From: Phycisphaerae bacterium | Lineage (GTDB): Bacteria > Planctomycetota > Phycisphaerae > UBA1845 | Direction of reading: 5' to 3' | Length of the DNA stretch: 64,000 nt | NCBI GenBank assembly: GCA_963666835.2 | Contig: CAXXGO010000006.1 | Span: 608,001-672,000 of the forward strand | Shown: positions 42,716-53,113 of the stretch, one piece after another | How the letters are laid out: each line of letters opens with the position of its first letter | Position numbering within the stretch: position 1 is the stretch's first letter | Position numbers and translations under genes: made by a program | The notes under the pieces: model-generated | Seen by the model: the letters and a program-made list of their open reading frames with translations, nothing else | Databases searched by the model: none | What the model was told of the DNA's origin: nothing

Positions 42716-43831
42716 ATGCTGCAACGCAAGATAACGCGACAGGTAATGGTCGGGCCCGTTCCGATCGGCGGCGGCGCACCGGTCACGATCCAGTCCATGA
42801 CGAACACCCGCACGCGCGACATCGACGCCACCGTTGCGCAGATCTGTCGGCTTGCCCAGGCCGGGGCCGATCTGGTCCGCGTCGCGGTTCCAGACGAGAG
42901 CGATACGGCCGCCCTACCCGAGATTCTCCGCCAATCGCCGGTTCCGCTGATTGCCGATGTTCACTTCCATTTCGAGCGCGCCCTCGAGGCGATCGAGGCC
43001 GGTGCGCACAAGATCCGGCTGAACCCGGGGAACATAAAGGACCGCAAGCAGGTCGACCGCGTGATCGCCGCCTGTCGCGAGCGGGGGGTTCCCATCCGCG
43101 TCGGAGTGAACGAGGGCAGTGTCGTCGAGCGAACGGACAAGGTCCTCCGCACCGCGCAGAAAGAACGGCTGGCCGGGGACTATCGCTCGCAGATGGTCCG
43201 GCTCATGATCGAAGCGCTGGAGGGCTATCTGTGCATCTTCGATGAGAACGACTTTCGCGACGTCGTGATTAGCCTCAAGTGTTCCGATGCGGCAATGACT
43301 ATTGACGCCTGTCGTGCTGCCGCCGGCCGATTCGACCTTCCACTTCACTTAGGGGTCACGCATGCCGGCCCGCCCGAGACCGGGAGAATCCGCTCCGTCG
43401 CCGCGTTGAGTGCGCTGCTGTCGGGCGGGATCGGAAACACCATTCGCATCTCTTATGCGTGTGATCCGATCCACGAAGTCGAAGACGCCGTGGAACTGCT
43501 CTGCACGCTGGGCTTGCGCCGGCATGCCGGGCTCGAGCTGATCGCCTGCCCAACCTGCGGCCGCACTGAGATCGATCTGGTCAGGCTGGTGGACGATGTG
43601 CGCCGGAAGCTGGCCTCTATTCAGGCTCCGGTCCGGGTGGCGGTGATGGGCTGCATAGTAAACGGTCCGGGCGAAGCGGAAGGCGCCGACGTTGCGATCT
43701 GTGCGGGGAGAGGTCGCGGCGTCATCTATGTACAAGGAGAGCGGGTGCGCACCGTTTCGGAGGCTGAGATGCTTGGCGCCCTATTCGAAGAGACGCAAGC
43801 CTTCGTGAACCGGGCGAAACCGGCGTCTTAA
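42716..43831 (+). CDS. ispG: (E)-4-hydroxy-3-methylbut-2-enyl diphosphate synthase
   Basis: IQSMTNT, ADVHF, RLNPGN, HLGVT, CPTCGR, MGCIVNGPGE. Confidence 0.97.
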   Translation: MLQRKITRQVMVGPVPIGGGAPVTIQSMTNTRTRDIDATVAQICRLAQAGADLVRVAVPDESDTAALPEILRQSPVPLIADVHFHFERALEAIEAGAHKIRLNPGNIKDRKQVDRVIAACRERGVPIRVGVNEGSVVERTDKVLRTAQKERLAGDYRSQMVRLMIEALEGYLCIFDENDFRDVVISLKCSDAAMTIDACRAAAGRFDLPLHLGVTHAGPPETGRIRSVAALSALLSGGIGNTIRISYACDPIHEVEDAVELLCTLGLRRHAGLELIACPTCGRTEIDLVRLVDDVRRKLASIQAPVRVAVMGCIVNGPGEAEGADVAICAGRGRGVIYVQGERVRTVSEAEMLGALFEETQAFVNRAKPAS

Positions 43832-43836
43832 TGCAC

Positions 43837-44034
43837 TTACTTCCTCGCGTGCAGGTGGGTTCCGCACTGGGCGCAGTAAACGGCTCCCTCGCGGTTGACT
43901 TCCTTGCAGCGCGGGCATCGCCGGGCGGAGCGGCGGGTCGCGGTCGCCAGGAAGACGATAACTGCCACCAGGGCGACACACAGGAATCCCCGATCACCAA
44001 AGTGGAAAGCTATGGCCCACGCAGCCCCATTCAT
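43837..44034 (-). CDS. Small membrane-anchored zinc-ribbon protein
   Basis: TM helix followed by CPRC-x10-CAQC; directly follows the redoxin gene. Confidence 0.6.
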   Translation of the reverse strand: MNGAAWAIAFHFGDRGFLCVALVAVIVFLATATRRSARRCPRCKEVNREGAVYCAQCGTHLHARK

Positions 44035-44067
44035 GCGTAACCGCTCCAGGGGATAACTTCCGGCATG

Positions 44068-45126
44068 TTACTTCAGGCCGTCCCGCAGCTTCCGGCATAA
44101 CCGGAAGTACTCCAGAATCTCGCGATGAAGCTCACGATCCTCCGCGCTCGCCGCGGCGACCGCATCCTCCTGCAGGGCGATTGCCCGATCGACGTCGCCC
44201 ACCTGATATACGGCGCGGGCATAAAGGGCCGTTGCCAATGCGTCCTTACCCTCCGCGCCTTCGTAGGCCGCCTTAGCCGCCTCCAGTGCCAGATCCGGCA
44301 TGCGCATCGTCATGTCCATACCGGAGGACAACGCCGCCGCCAGACGCTGCATGGCCAGGACGTTATTACGGTTGGTGGCGATGTGCGTGCTCGCCCAGTC
44401 CCGCATGGCCTTTTTGTCCTGGGTCTCGTTAGTGTAGATCTGTACCAGAACGTCAATCGCTCCGGCATTGGAGGGGTCCAGTTTCAGGATGCCCACCAGT
44501 CCGTCCCACACTACCGAGAACTGCCCCATCTGGGCCGGCAACTCCAGAGCCTGGAAACGCCGCTCCACTTCCGCCTGGACCTTCGCGCGCGAGAGGTCGT
44601 AGGTTCCCTCTACGACGTCGGTAAGCACGTCCTCCAGTGACGGGTCCAGCGGACTGCCCTGCCAGAGGATGTTTCCCGACTTGCCCACGATGAACGCATG
44701 AGGGATCCCCGAGACCCCCGCCGCCCGCATGTACGCATCCGACGTCCTCGTCCCGTTGTCAATGGCCACCCGATAGTCCATCTCCGCGCCCAGCTTCCGT
44801 ACGAACCTGCGCACCGCCGAAGGAGTGTTGCCGATACTGTCGGGTGTCGTAACTCCGATGATGGCCAACCGGTCTCCGTACTTCTTCTGGAATTCCGTAA
44901 GACGCGGGATCGTTGCCTTGCAGGGAGGGCACCACGTTGCCCAGAATTCCACCATGTGAACACGTCTGGACGCATCCCTGGCCAGGTCAACCGGATCGCC
45001 CTTGACCCATTCGGATACGGAGAGAGCCGGGGCCTTATCTCCGACACTCAACCCGGCGGCGTTGATCGGCCCGCACAGCAGGACCACTACGGCTACCGTC
45101 GACAGCAATACGGCGAAACGTTTCAT
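44068..45126 (-). CDS. TlpA/redoxin-family thiol-disulfide oxidoreductase with helical/TPR C-terminus
   Basis: Signal peptide; EFWATWCPPC; GIPHAF; start trimmed to ATG 45126. Confidence 0.88.
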   Translation of the reverse strand: MKRFAVLLSTVAVVVLLCGPINAAGLSVGDKAPALSVSEWVKGDPVDLARDASRRVHMVEFWATWCPPCKATIPRLTEFQKKYGDRLAIIGVTTPDSIGNTPSAVRRFVRKLGAEMDYRVAIDNGTRTSDAYMRAAGVSGIPHAFIVGKSGNILWQGSPLDPSLEDVLTDVVEGTYDLSRAKVQAEVERRFQALELPAQMGQFSVVWDGLVGILKLDPSNAGAIDVLVQIYTNETQDKKAMRDWASTHIATNRNNVLAMQRLAAALSSGMDMTMRMPDLALEAAKAAYEGAEGKDALATALYARAVYQVGDVDRAIALQEDAVAAASAEDRELHREILEYFRLCRKLRDGLK

Positions 45127-45433
45127 TCTGATTGACTCCCGCACGTGTTGGCAAACCACTCGGTATCGGTCAAGGAGTCGCAAACGAGGACGTCCTCCCT
45201 CAGCGGACCATCCACTCGTGTGCCTCCAAAACGAACACCAGACCCGAATCATGCCCCGGGCAGGTGTAGGAAATCCGTGACGACTTCTATCTAGGCTCTA
45301 TTTCGACTAATCCCGCCGTGCCGGCCCTGACGCCGATCGATCCGGAAGCGATACGCCCGGCTGAACCGCGCCGCCGGATTAAGCGTAGTCTAACCGAGTC
45401 GGCGCTTAGTGGGTATACATGAATGGTCCGCAG

Positions 45434-46594
45434 TTAGTTCACGGATAATCGCCGCAGGCGTCGGCAGCCGTCCTCCAGGTCGGAGGCTCTCTTGGCATAG
45501 CAGAACCGCAACTGCTGTGCGCCGTCGGCCGGGTTCCGATAAAAACTGGGACCCGGAACCGTCGCCACGCCGACTTTCTCCAGAATCGCTTCGGTGGCCG
45601 CGGTGGCATCAGCCCACCGCCCGTCCTCGAATCTGGCCAGCAGGTAATAGCTCCCCGCCGGGACGAATACTTCGAAGCCGACCTCTCGCAGCGCGTCGAC
45701 CAGCAGGTCGCGCTTCAAGAGATAGTCCCGTCGCATCTCGTCGTAATAGGAGTCCGGCAGTCTCAGCCCGGCTTCGACCCCGTGCTGCAAGGGGGCCGGA
45801 GCGCAGATGTAGAAAAGGTCGTTGACGACGCCTATCCGGTCGATCACTTCTGCGGGTCCGACCGCGTAGCCGATCCGCCAGCCGGTGACGGCATAAGATT
45901 TGGAGGCACCGCTGATGGTGATCGTGCGCTCGCGAGCTTCCGGAAGACTACCGACGCTCAGGTGGGGGCGATCGTAGGTGATGTACTCGTAGATTTCGTC
46001 GGTCACGATCCAGGCGTTGTGCCGCTGGGCTAAGTCCGCGATCTCCCGTAGCTCGGCTTCAGTAAACACCTTCCCGGTCGGGTTGGCCGGGGTGTTAACC
46101 ACAATCATCCGCGTCCGGTCGGTGAACGCGGCCTTCAGGTCCTGTGCCCGGTACTCCCAATTCGGCGGCTGCAGGTCGACGTAGCGGATCTTCACGCCCA
46201 GCATGTGCAATAGGTATACGTGGTAACCGTAGAACGGCGAGAAAACCACGCACTCGTCGCCGACGTTCAGAATCGACAGGCAGGAGCAAGCGAACGCCCC
46301 GGCCGAGCCCACGGTGACGGCGACTTCGGTCTCGGGATTGCACTCTATGCGGTTGAAAACGCGCATTTTATCGGAAATGGCCCGGCGAAGCTCGATGATA
46401 CCGCGGAGGTTCGTGTAGACGGCGTGGTCGTCGTTGATGGCTTGTCGGGCGGCCTGCTTGACGGCGTCGGGAGCGGGCTGATCGCATACTCCCTGGGAGA
46501 GGTTCACGCCTCCCATCGCGGCGCACATCGCCGAGTAGCGGCGGATGTCCGATTGCCTGATCGACTTCACCCGATCGGCTAGGGGTCTGTCCAC
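45434..46594 (-). CDS. PLP-dependent aminotransferase class I/II
   Basis: NTPANPTG, DEIY, SGASKSYAVTGWRIG. Confidence 0.93.
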   Translation of the reverse strand: MDRPLADRVKSIRQSDIRRYSAMCAAMGGVNLSQGVCDQPAPDAVKQAARQAINDDHAVYTNLRGIIELRRAISDKMRVFNRIECNPETEVAVTVGSAGAFACSCLSILNVGDECVVFSPFYGYHVYLLHMLGVKIRYVDLQPPNWEYRAQDLKAAFTDRTRMIVVNTPANPTGKVFTEAELREIADLAQRHNAWIVTDEIYEYITYDRPHLSVGSLPEARERTITISGASKSYAVTGWRIGYAVGPAEVIDRIGVVNDLFYICAPAPLQHGVEAGLRLPDSYYDEMRRDYLLKRDLLVDALREVGFEVFVPAGSYYLLARFEDGRWADATAATEAILEKVGVATVPGPSFYRNPADGAQQLRFCYAKRASDLEDGCRRLRRLSVN

Positions 46595-46767
46595 AGAGTC
46601 ACTCCTTCACGCCTCCCCGAGAGGTTCACCGTCCGTCGGGACGCTCCCCCTCCCGAATGCGGCTATGCCTGAAGGACGAGTATAGACCGGCGCGTTGTCC
46701 CCGCCAAACTGATTGCGCAGACCTTCTCGTGGAGCATCGCCTGCGTATGAGGGCAGCGACGGCGTGC

Positions 46768-46797
46768 GTGCGGCACGGCCGAGGCACGAGACCTGCC
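46768..46797 (+). repeat. REP class I, degenerate copy
   Basis: GTGCGGCACGGCCGAGGCACGAGACCTGCC; 3 mismatches to the 61828 copy. Confidence 0.7.
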
Positions 46798-47004
46798 GTT
46801 GGTCTTCGCGACACCCCCGGTGACCCTCCACCAGCCCTTCGGGACCGGAGCGCGTGGGGAGCGATCTCACCCACGGGTACCGTTTCGCAACCACCCACCG
46901 TAACCGACCGCATCGGCCCATGGTGCTGGTGAGCGCTTACGGAAGAAACTCACTTGGAGCGACAGCAGCTTGACACGACACGGGTTCACGGCTTTCGTGT
47001 CGTG

Positions 47005-48444
47005 CTAGTGGCACTGTGCGCCGGCAACCATACTGCCGGGGAACGACCCGCGGGCGAGTTTTGGTTCGTAACCGGTGCGCCGGTGGTACTCATGCAAGGC
47101 CGCTTCCAAGGCCGCGTCGGCCTCGCCGCTCGCCCGTAGCAGGACGGTGACCCCGCCGCCGCAGCCGCGCCCGGAGATCTTCGCCCCGTAAACACCGGCT
47201 TCGGCCCCGTGGCGGCGAATGAGATTGACCAGCAGATCGGTCTCGACACTGCCCAGCCCGCAGCGTTGCCCGTAGCTCCAGTGAGAGGCGTACATCAGTT
47301 CGCCGGCTTCTGCGAGGATACCATAATCACCGTTACGGATGGATCGAGACAGGCACTCGACGAACTGACAGGACCGCGTGTGTTCATAGATGTGGTGCTC
47401 CGTACGCGAGCGGACCTTATAAATAACGTCCGGATCGATTCGGGTAAGCGCATCCCCCGTTTCGCCGAACCGATCGAGAAACTCGCGGCCTTTCAGTTTC
47501 GTGGGGATTCGGTCGCGGAAACGCTCGACGTAGTCGTTAATGGAGATCCGCGACAGCGAGCCGTCCCACTCGATGAAGTCGCCGCCTTCGTGCCGGATGA
47601 TCCGATCGATCAACAGACGGCCCATGAACGACGCGACTCGCGCCTGCTCGTACTTGGCCTTGGACTCGGGATGCAGCACACCCGTATCCACCCCGGCGAG
47701 CACCAGATCGTCCGGCAAGGGCACCTGACGTCCCAGCGAATAGGGCTCCCCGCGCAGTTGCCGGATCGTCTGCGGTTCACCCAGAAGAGCGCACACGGCA
47801 TCCCCGGCGCCGATGGCGGCGTCCAGCCACTCATTCTCCACCCGTTGGCAAACACGCACGGCCTGCTCCGGTTCGACAGTGAAATCCAAAGCCCGAGCCG
47901 TGGCGATTAACGTAGCCGCCGCAACCGCCGCGCCGTGCCCGGCGTCCGTAAACTCCGCCAATTCCGAGCTCACGACGATCGATACGCCGCTGTTGAAATC
48001 CGGAGCTACGTTCGCCCGGACGGTCTCCACGAGGACTCCCAGCGCACAACGCGATGCCCGCCCGGCATCGGATAAGTCATCGGCGAGATCGGCCGCGCGA
48101 GGTCCGGCGCCGTCCCCGAACAGCCTGGCCAGGGGCAGCTCGAGGCAGGTGTCGGCGCTTGCCAAGTCGGTAATCGAGACCATTCCATCGGTGCGCGGCT
48201 GCACCCCGACACAGGCATGGTGGGCGATCGGCTTGTTGAGGATCAGAGCTCCGGTGTATTCGGCGATGCCGCCCATAACATCCAGACGGCCGGGAGCCGA
48301 TGCAACGCAGCGCGCTGCACCAACCGGCAGACGTTCGAGGACTGCGGAAGCCAGCGGAGACCGCATGGCGTCATCCGCCGCTGCCGGCGCAGCCACGCCG
48401 GATACTGTTCCGACTTGCGATACTACTGTTTCTTGTCCTGGCAT
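47005..48444 (-). CDS. GHMP-kinase family protein (arabinokinase/galactokinase-like) with degenerate ATP motif
   Basis: APGRLDVMGGIAEY; LMYASHWSY; YGAKISGRGCGG; lacks PxGxGxSSSAA. Confidence 0.8.
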   Translation of the reverse strand: MPGQETVVSQVGTVSGVAAPAAADDAMRSPLASAVLERLPVGAARCVASAPGRLDVMGGIAEYTGALILNKPIAHHACVGVQPRTDGMVSITDLASADTCLELPLARLFGDGAGPRAADLADDLSDAGRASRCALGVLVETVRANVAPDFNSGVSIVVSSELAEFTDAGHGAAVAAATLIATARALDFTVEPEQAVRVCQRVENEWLDAAIGAGDAVCALLGEPQTIRQLRGEPYSLGRQVPLPDDLVLAGVDTGVLHPESKAKYEQARVASFMGRLLIDRIIRHEGGDFIEWDGSLSRISINDYVERFRDRIPTKLKGREFLDRFGETGDALTRIDPDVIYKVRSRTEHHIYEHTRSCQFVECLSRSIRNGDYGILAEAGELMYASHWSYGQRCGLGSVETDLLVNLIRRHGAEAGVYGAKISGRGCGGGVTVLLRASGEADAALEAALHEYHRRTGYEPKLARGSFPGSMVAGAQCH

Positions 48445-48471
48445 TGTTTGGTCACATCGATGCTCTGATGG

Positions 48472-48870
48472 CTAGCATACATCTTGAAGAACCGTTTCCT
48501 CAACAAAAATCGGAGAGCCGGTACCGGCTCCGATGGCGATAGCGTCTGACGGTCGCGAGTCAATCTCGACCAGCTCGCCGTTGCGCCGCAACACCAGTTT
48601 GGCATAAAACGTCGAGTCGCGCAAATCGCTGATCACGATGTGCTCGAGCTGACATTCCAACGTACCGATGATCCGGTCGATCAACTCATGGGTCATCGGG
48701 CGAGGCACCGGTATGCCCTTGGTGCGCCGGTCAATCGCGTAGGCTTCGTGGATCCCGATCAGAATCGGGAACGCCCGCTCACCGTTGACCTCACGGAGAA
48801 TGATCATCGACATCTTCTCGTCGTCGGCGTCGACGATGACAATTCGGGCGAGAACCATCCGTACCAGCAT
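48472..48870 (-). CDS. Bifunctional nuclease family (DUF151)
   Basis: PILIGIHEA, RPMTHEL, TFYAKL, DSRPSDAIA; start trimmed to ATG 48870. Confidence 0.92.
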   Translation of the reverse strand: MLVRMVLARIVIVDADDEKMSMIILREVNGERAFPILIGIHEAYAIDRRTKGIPVPRPMTHELIDRIIGTLECQLEHIVISDLRDSTFYAKLVLRRNGELVEIDSRPSDAIAIGAGTGSPIFVEETVLQDVC

Positions 48871-49005
48871 GATGATTCGTTCCGCTGAGGTCAAAGACCA
48901 CCCTATTGGCGGGTGGGCTATTGTCAAGTTAACACACTTCCGCAGGCCGGGAGGTACTCCCCACCATAGGGCATTGTAACGGGCAGGCGATCCGCGGACC
49001 ATCCC

Positions 49006-49869
49006 CTAATCAGAATGATCCTCCAACGCCTGCTGCAACTCCGCCAACTCGCCCGGCACCATCTCAATGCTGTTTCCCACCGTGGGGAAACGCCCATCGG
49101 TCACATCCGTCGCGTAAGAACGGAACGCGCCGACAAGCTGATCGTGGAGGCGAGTATACTGCTTCACGGAGCGCGGCGGATGCCCGCCGCCGAACCCGAG
49201 CATATCGTGCAACACTACCACCTGTCCATCGCAGTGAGGCCCCGACGCGCAACCGATCACCGGAACGCCGGAACGCTCCATGATGACGGCGGCCAGCTCC
49301 ATCGGTACAGCCTCAAGCAGTAGTGCTATCGCCCCCGCTTCCTCCATCATCTTGGCGTCTTCGACAATCTGCAGAGCTTCCCGGGCATGTTTGCCCTGGG
49401 CTCGATAGCCCCCGAGGCTCTGAATCGATTGGGGTTTCAGCCCCAAATGGGCCATCACGGGGATGGTGGCCGTGGCCATCGCTTCGACCGTTTTGACCAG
49501 CCGACGATCGACTTCGACTTTGACGCAATCACAGCCCGCGCGCGCCATGAACATGCCGGCGTTGCGGATGGCATCCTCGGGGCACACCTGATAGCTCAGG
49601 TATGGCATGTCGCCGACCAGGTACGCCGAAGGGGCGCCGCGACGGACCGCCTCGGCCAACGTCACCATGTGCTCGATCGTAACCGGCAACGTGGTGGTAT
49701 GCCCGAGGCATACTTCGCCGTAGGTGTCACCGACGAGTAGCGAGTCGACCTCGGCCTCTTCCATCAATCGCGCCATCGCGTAGTCGTAGCACGTGATCAT
49801 AGAGATCTTACGTGACTCTCGTTTCCACGCGCGCAGGGTCCCGATCGATACTTTGGTCCGCGGACTCAT
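49006..49869 (-). CDS. panB: 3-methyl-2-oxobutanoate hydroxymethyltransferase
   Basis: MITCYD, LLVGD, GDMPYLSY, HLGLKPQS, DGQVVVLHD. Confidence 0.95.
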   Translation of the reverse strand: MSPRTKVSIGTLRAWKRESRKISMITCYDYAMARLMEEAEVDSLLVGDTYGEVCLGHTTTLPVTIEHMVTLAEAVRRGAPSAYLVGDMPYLSYQVCPEDAIRNAGMFMARAGCDCVKVEVDRRLVKTVEAMATATIPVMAHLGLKPQSIQSLGGYRAQGKHAREALQIVEDAKMMEEAGAIALLLEAVPMELAAVIMERSGVPVIGCASGPHCDGQVVVLHDMLGFGGGHPPRSVKQYTRLHDQLVGAFRSYATDVTDGRFPTVGNSIEMVPGELAELQQALEDHSD

Positions 49870-50036
49870 ACGAGCCAGGATATGCTCAGGGTCGCCGATT
49901 GACAAGACGGCGGAGAAACGCGTCATTCACCGTAATGAGGCCCTTCCTGAAGCGTCAGAGGGGATATTGGCTCTTTGTCGGCCGTTCTGGTAGATTATTG
50001 TCTGAGAAGGGGCGCCTGTTTGAAGGAGTGGTGCTG

Positions 50037-50483
50037 ATGCAGGTCAACATGCAAGCCTGGGGTTGCAGTTTCGACGATTTGGCAAACCAGGTACATACGA
50101 TGATGGGGGAGATGGGCGGGCGCAACTACTTTCGGTCGCACGCCTCGGAGACTTGGTCTCCGCGCATGAACCTCTACGAGACCGAAGCCCGCTACGTTGT
50201 CTGCGTGGAACTGGCCGGGACCCGGCGCGAGAGTATCGAAGTGCGCGCGGGTGAAGGCGTTTTGCACATCTGCGGTTCGCGCGGAAAACCGATCCCGCCC
50301 GATCAGGCCACGGCGGAGGTCAGCGTCCACCTGATGGAAATCGACTCCGGCCGTTTCCATCGCAAGCTGCCGTTGCCGACCGATGTAGTTTCCGAGAAGA
50401 TCGGCGCATTGTATCGGCAAGGGTATCTGTGGATAACACTGCCTCGCGATCCGACCTCCGGAAAACCAGCCAATGAACGATGA
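50037..50483 (+). CDS. Hsp20/alpha-crystallin small heat-shock protein
   Basis: WSPRMNLYET, ELAG, EIDSGRFHRKLPLP, GYLWITLP; AAGGAG RBS. Confidence 0.9.
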   Translation: MQVNMQAWGCSFDDLANQVHTMMGEMGGRNYFRSHASETWSPRMNLYETEARYVVCVELAGTRRESIEVRAGEGVLHICGSRGKPIPPDQATAEVSVHLMEIDSGRFHRKLPLPTDVVSEKIGALYRQGYLWITLPRDPTSGKPANER

Positions 50484-53061
50484 TAGCGAGACGCGCCCAG
50501 CCGTCCCCGCGGAGAACTCGTTCGACGAGCCGGACGACATCGAGGAAATCGTGGAAGTATCCCGCGGCGACCGGGATGAATCTGATTCGGAAACTGTCAG
50601 AATCCCCGAGCGCTTGGCCGTTTTGCCGATTCGCGACACCGTAGCTTTCCCGGGCACCGTCATGCCGCTGCAGATCAAGCGCGAGAAATCCAAGCGCGTC
50701 TTGGACATGGCATTGGCCGGCTCGCGGTTGATTGCGGTGGTAGCTCAGCGTGCCGCCGAGACCGAGGACCCGCGATTGGAAGACCTGTATAGCGTGGGTA
50801 CGGCGTGCTTCATCCTCAAGATGTTGAAGATGACGGACGGGACCGAGACGATCGTAGTACACGGGTTACGTCGGGTTCGCGTCGAGGAAATCAACGAAGA
50901 GCAGGGTTATCTCGAAGCGCGGGTGGACCCGCACCGCGATGCGGAGGAGGTCACGACCGAGCAGCAGGCTTTGGTGCATACGGTGCGGAAAGCTGCCGAG
51001 CGGATCCTCGCGTTGTCGCCCGAGGTCCCCGACGAAGCTCAACAGGTGCTCCGCGATCTTGACACGCCGGGGGGGCTGGCGGATTTCCTGGCGGCCAATC
51101 TGCCGTTGGGCCTTGTCCACAAGCAGGATATTCTCGAGACCTTCGATGTGACCGAACGGCTGCGCAAAGTTAATCTGGCGGTAGCGGCTCAATTAGATGT
51201 GGTTGAGCTATCCAGCAAGATCCAGGAACAGGTCAGAAGCCAGGTCGATCAATCACAGCGCGAGTATTACTTGCGCCAGCAGATGAAGGCTATCCGCAAG
51301 GAACTCGGTGAGCAGGACGGTCGGACCGGAACGCTTATCGAGCTGCGCGATCGGATAGAGAAAGCGAAGATGCCGGAGGGGGCGCAGACCGAAGCATATC
51401 GCGAGGTCGATCGCATGGAGCATATCCCGCAAGCCTCTCCCGAATACGGCATGGCTTTGGACTACGTCGAGTGGCTTGTGGAACTGCCCTGGTCGGTCAG
51501 CACCAAGGACAAGCTGGATATCGACCAGGCCGCGAAGATTCTCGACGAGGATCACTACGGTCTGGACAAGATCAAGAAGCGGATTCTCGAGTTCCTCGCC
51601 GTGCGCACGCTCCGCAAGGATACGCGGGGTCCGATCCTGTGCTTCGCCGGACCGCCCGGAGTAGGCAAGACTTCCCTGGGTCAGAGTATCGCCCGGGCGA
51701 TGGGTCGCAAGTTCATCCGGATCTCGCTGGGCGGCGTTCATGATGAAGCCGCCATCCGAGGTCACCGGCGAACGTACATCGGGTCCATGCCAGGGCGGAT
51801 CATCCGCGAGATTCGCCGGGCCGGCAGCAACAACCCCCTTTTTATGTTGGATGAGATCGACAAGATTGCCCAGGATCTGCACGGTGACCCGATGTCGGCT
51901 CTGCTCGAGGTACTCGACCCCGCCCAGAACACGACGTTCTCCGATCACTATCTCGGGATCCCGTTCGATCTGTCCAAGGTGTTGTTCATCACGACCGCCA
52001 ACTACATCGGCGCCATCGAGCCGGCCCTTTACGATCGAATGGAAGTGATCGAGCTGAACAGCTATACCCGGCACGAGAAGCTGAAGATCGCCCGGCAGTA
52101 CCTGCTGCCGCGACAGCTCGAGGAGAACGGTCTGACCCCCGAGCAGATCGAAATAGATGACGAAATACTGGCACTAATCATCGCAGATTACACCCGGGAG
52201 GCCGGGGTGCGCACGTTGGAGCGGAAGATCGGCGCCGTATGCCGCGCCCGGGCGACCGCCATTGTGCGGCAGGCCGCCGTAAACGGGCCGGTTACTCCGG
52301 AAGAGATAAAGGAAACCCTGGGACCGCAGGAGTTCGAATCCGAGGTGGCTGCCAAGGAGGCGGCACTCGGCGTGGTGACCGGGTTGGCGTTCACCGCGGT
52401 AGGCGGAGAGATTCTCTTCATCGAGGCGACCAAGATGCCGGGCACCGGTCAACTGAATCTCACCGGGCAGCTCGGCGATGTGATGCGCGAATCCGCCGTG
52501 GCGGCGAGTTCCATTATCCGCAGCCGCCTCGGGGTGTGGGACGTTCAACCGGGTGATTATCGTTCCTTCGACTTCCATGTTCACGTGCCCGCCGGAGCCG
52601 TCCCCAAAGACGGCCCGTCCGCCGGGGTGGCGATTCTGGCCGCAATGATCTCCATACTGACCGGCGAACCGGTTGACCCGACTATCGGAATGACCGGCGA
52701 GATAACCCTGAGCGGGCGCGTGTTGCCCGTCGGCGGACTACGTGAAAAAGCTCTCGCGGCCCATCGCGCCGGGCTCAAGCAGGTGATCATCCCGGCCCGA
52801 AACGTCTCAGATCTGGAGGAGATCGCCGAGGACATCAGAGAACAGATCCAATTCGTTCCGGTGGACACGATCGACACGGCGCTTAATCTCATCTTCGGAG
52901 ACAGGACGAAGACTACCAAGAAGAAGCGTAAGAAGAAGACCGCCGGCAAGAAGAAGGCGGCCAAAGCCGCAAAAGGAACCCGGAAGAAGAAGCCTGCCGT
53001 CAAGAAAAAGACCGCACGCGGTACGGTCAAGAAACGGAAACGCGCCGCGGCCGGAGGATAA
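50473..53061 (+). CDS. lon: ATP-dependent Lon protease with Lys/Arg-rich C-terminal tail
   Basis: GPPGVGKT, LDEIDK, PKDGPSAG (catalytic Ser), catalytic Lys in REKA. Confidence 0.97.
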   Translation: MNDDSETRPAVPAENSFDEPDDIEEIVEVSRGDRDESDSETVRIPERLAVLPIRDTVAFPGTVMPLQIKREKSKRVLDMALAGSRLIAVVAQRAAETEDPRLEDLYSVGTACFILKMLKMTDGTETIVVHGLRRVRVEEINEEQGYLEARVDPHRDAEEVTTEQQALVHTVRKAAERILALSPEVPDEAQQVLRDLDTPGGLADFLAANLPLGLVHKQDILETFDVTERLRKVNLAVAAQLDVVELSSKIQEQVRSQVDQSQREYYLRQQMKAIRKELGEQDGRTGTLIELRDRIEKAKMPEGAQTEAYREVDRMEHIPQASPEYGMALDYVEWLVELPWSVSTKDKLDIDQAAKILDEDHYGLDKIKKRILEFLAVRTLRKDTRGPILCFAGPPGVGKTSLGQSIARAMGRKFIRISLGGVHDEAAIRGHRRTYIGSMPGRIIREIRRAGSNNPLFMLDEIDKIAQDLHGDPMSALLEVLDPAQNTTFSDHYLGIPFDLSKVLFITTANYIGAIEPALYDRMEVIELNSYTRHEKLKIARQYLLPRQLEENGLTPEQIEIDDEILALIIADYTREAGVRTLERKIGAVCRARATAIVRQAAVNGPVTPEEIKETLGPQEFESEVAAKEAALGVVTGLAFTAVGGEILFIEATKMPGTGQLNLTGQLGDVMRESAVAASSIIRSRLGVWDVQPGDYRSFDFHVHVPAGAVPKDGPSAGVAILAAMISILTGEPVDPTIGMTGEITLSGRVLPVGGLREKALAAHRAGLKQVIIPARNVSDLEEIAEDIREQIQFVPVDTIDTALNLIFGDRTKTTKKKRKKKTAGKKKAAKAAKGTRKKKPAVKKKTARGTVKKRKRAAAGG

Positions 53062-53113
53062 ACGAAAGCCGTGCTCGGCCCGGCTCGATGATTATGATTC
53101 TGGGATCAATGAT

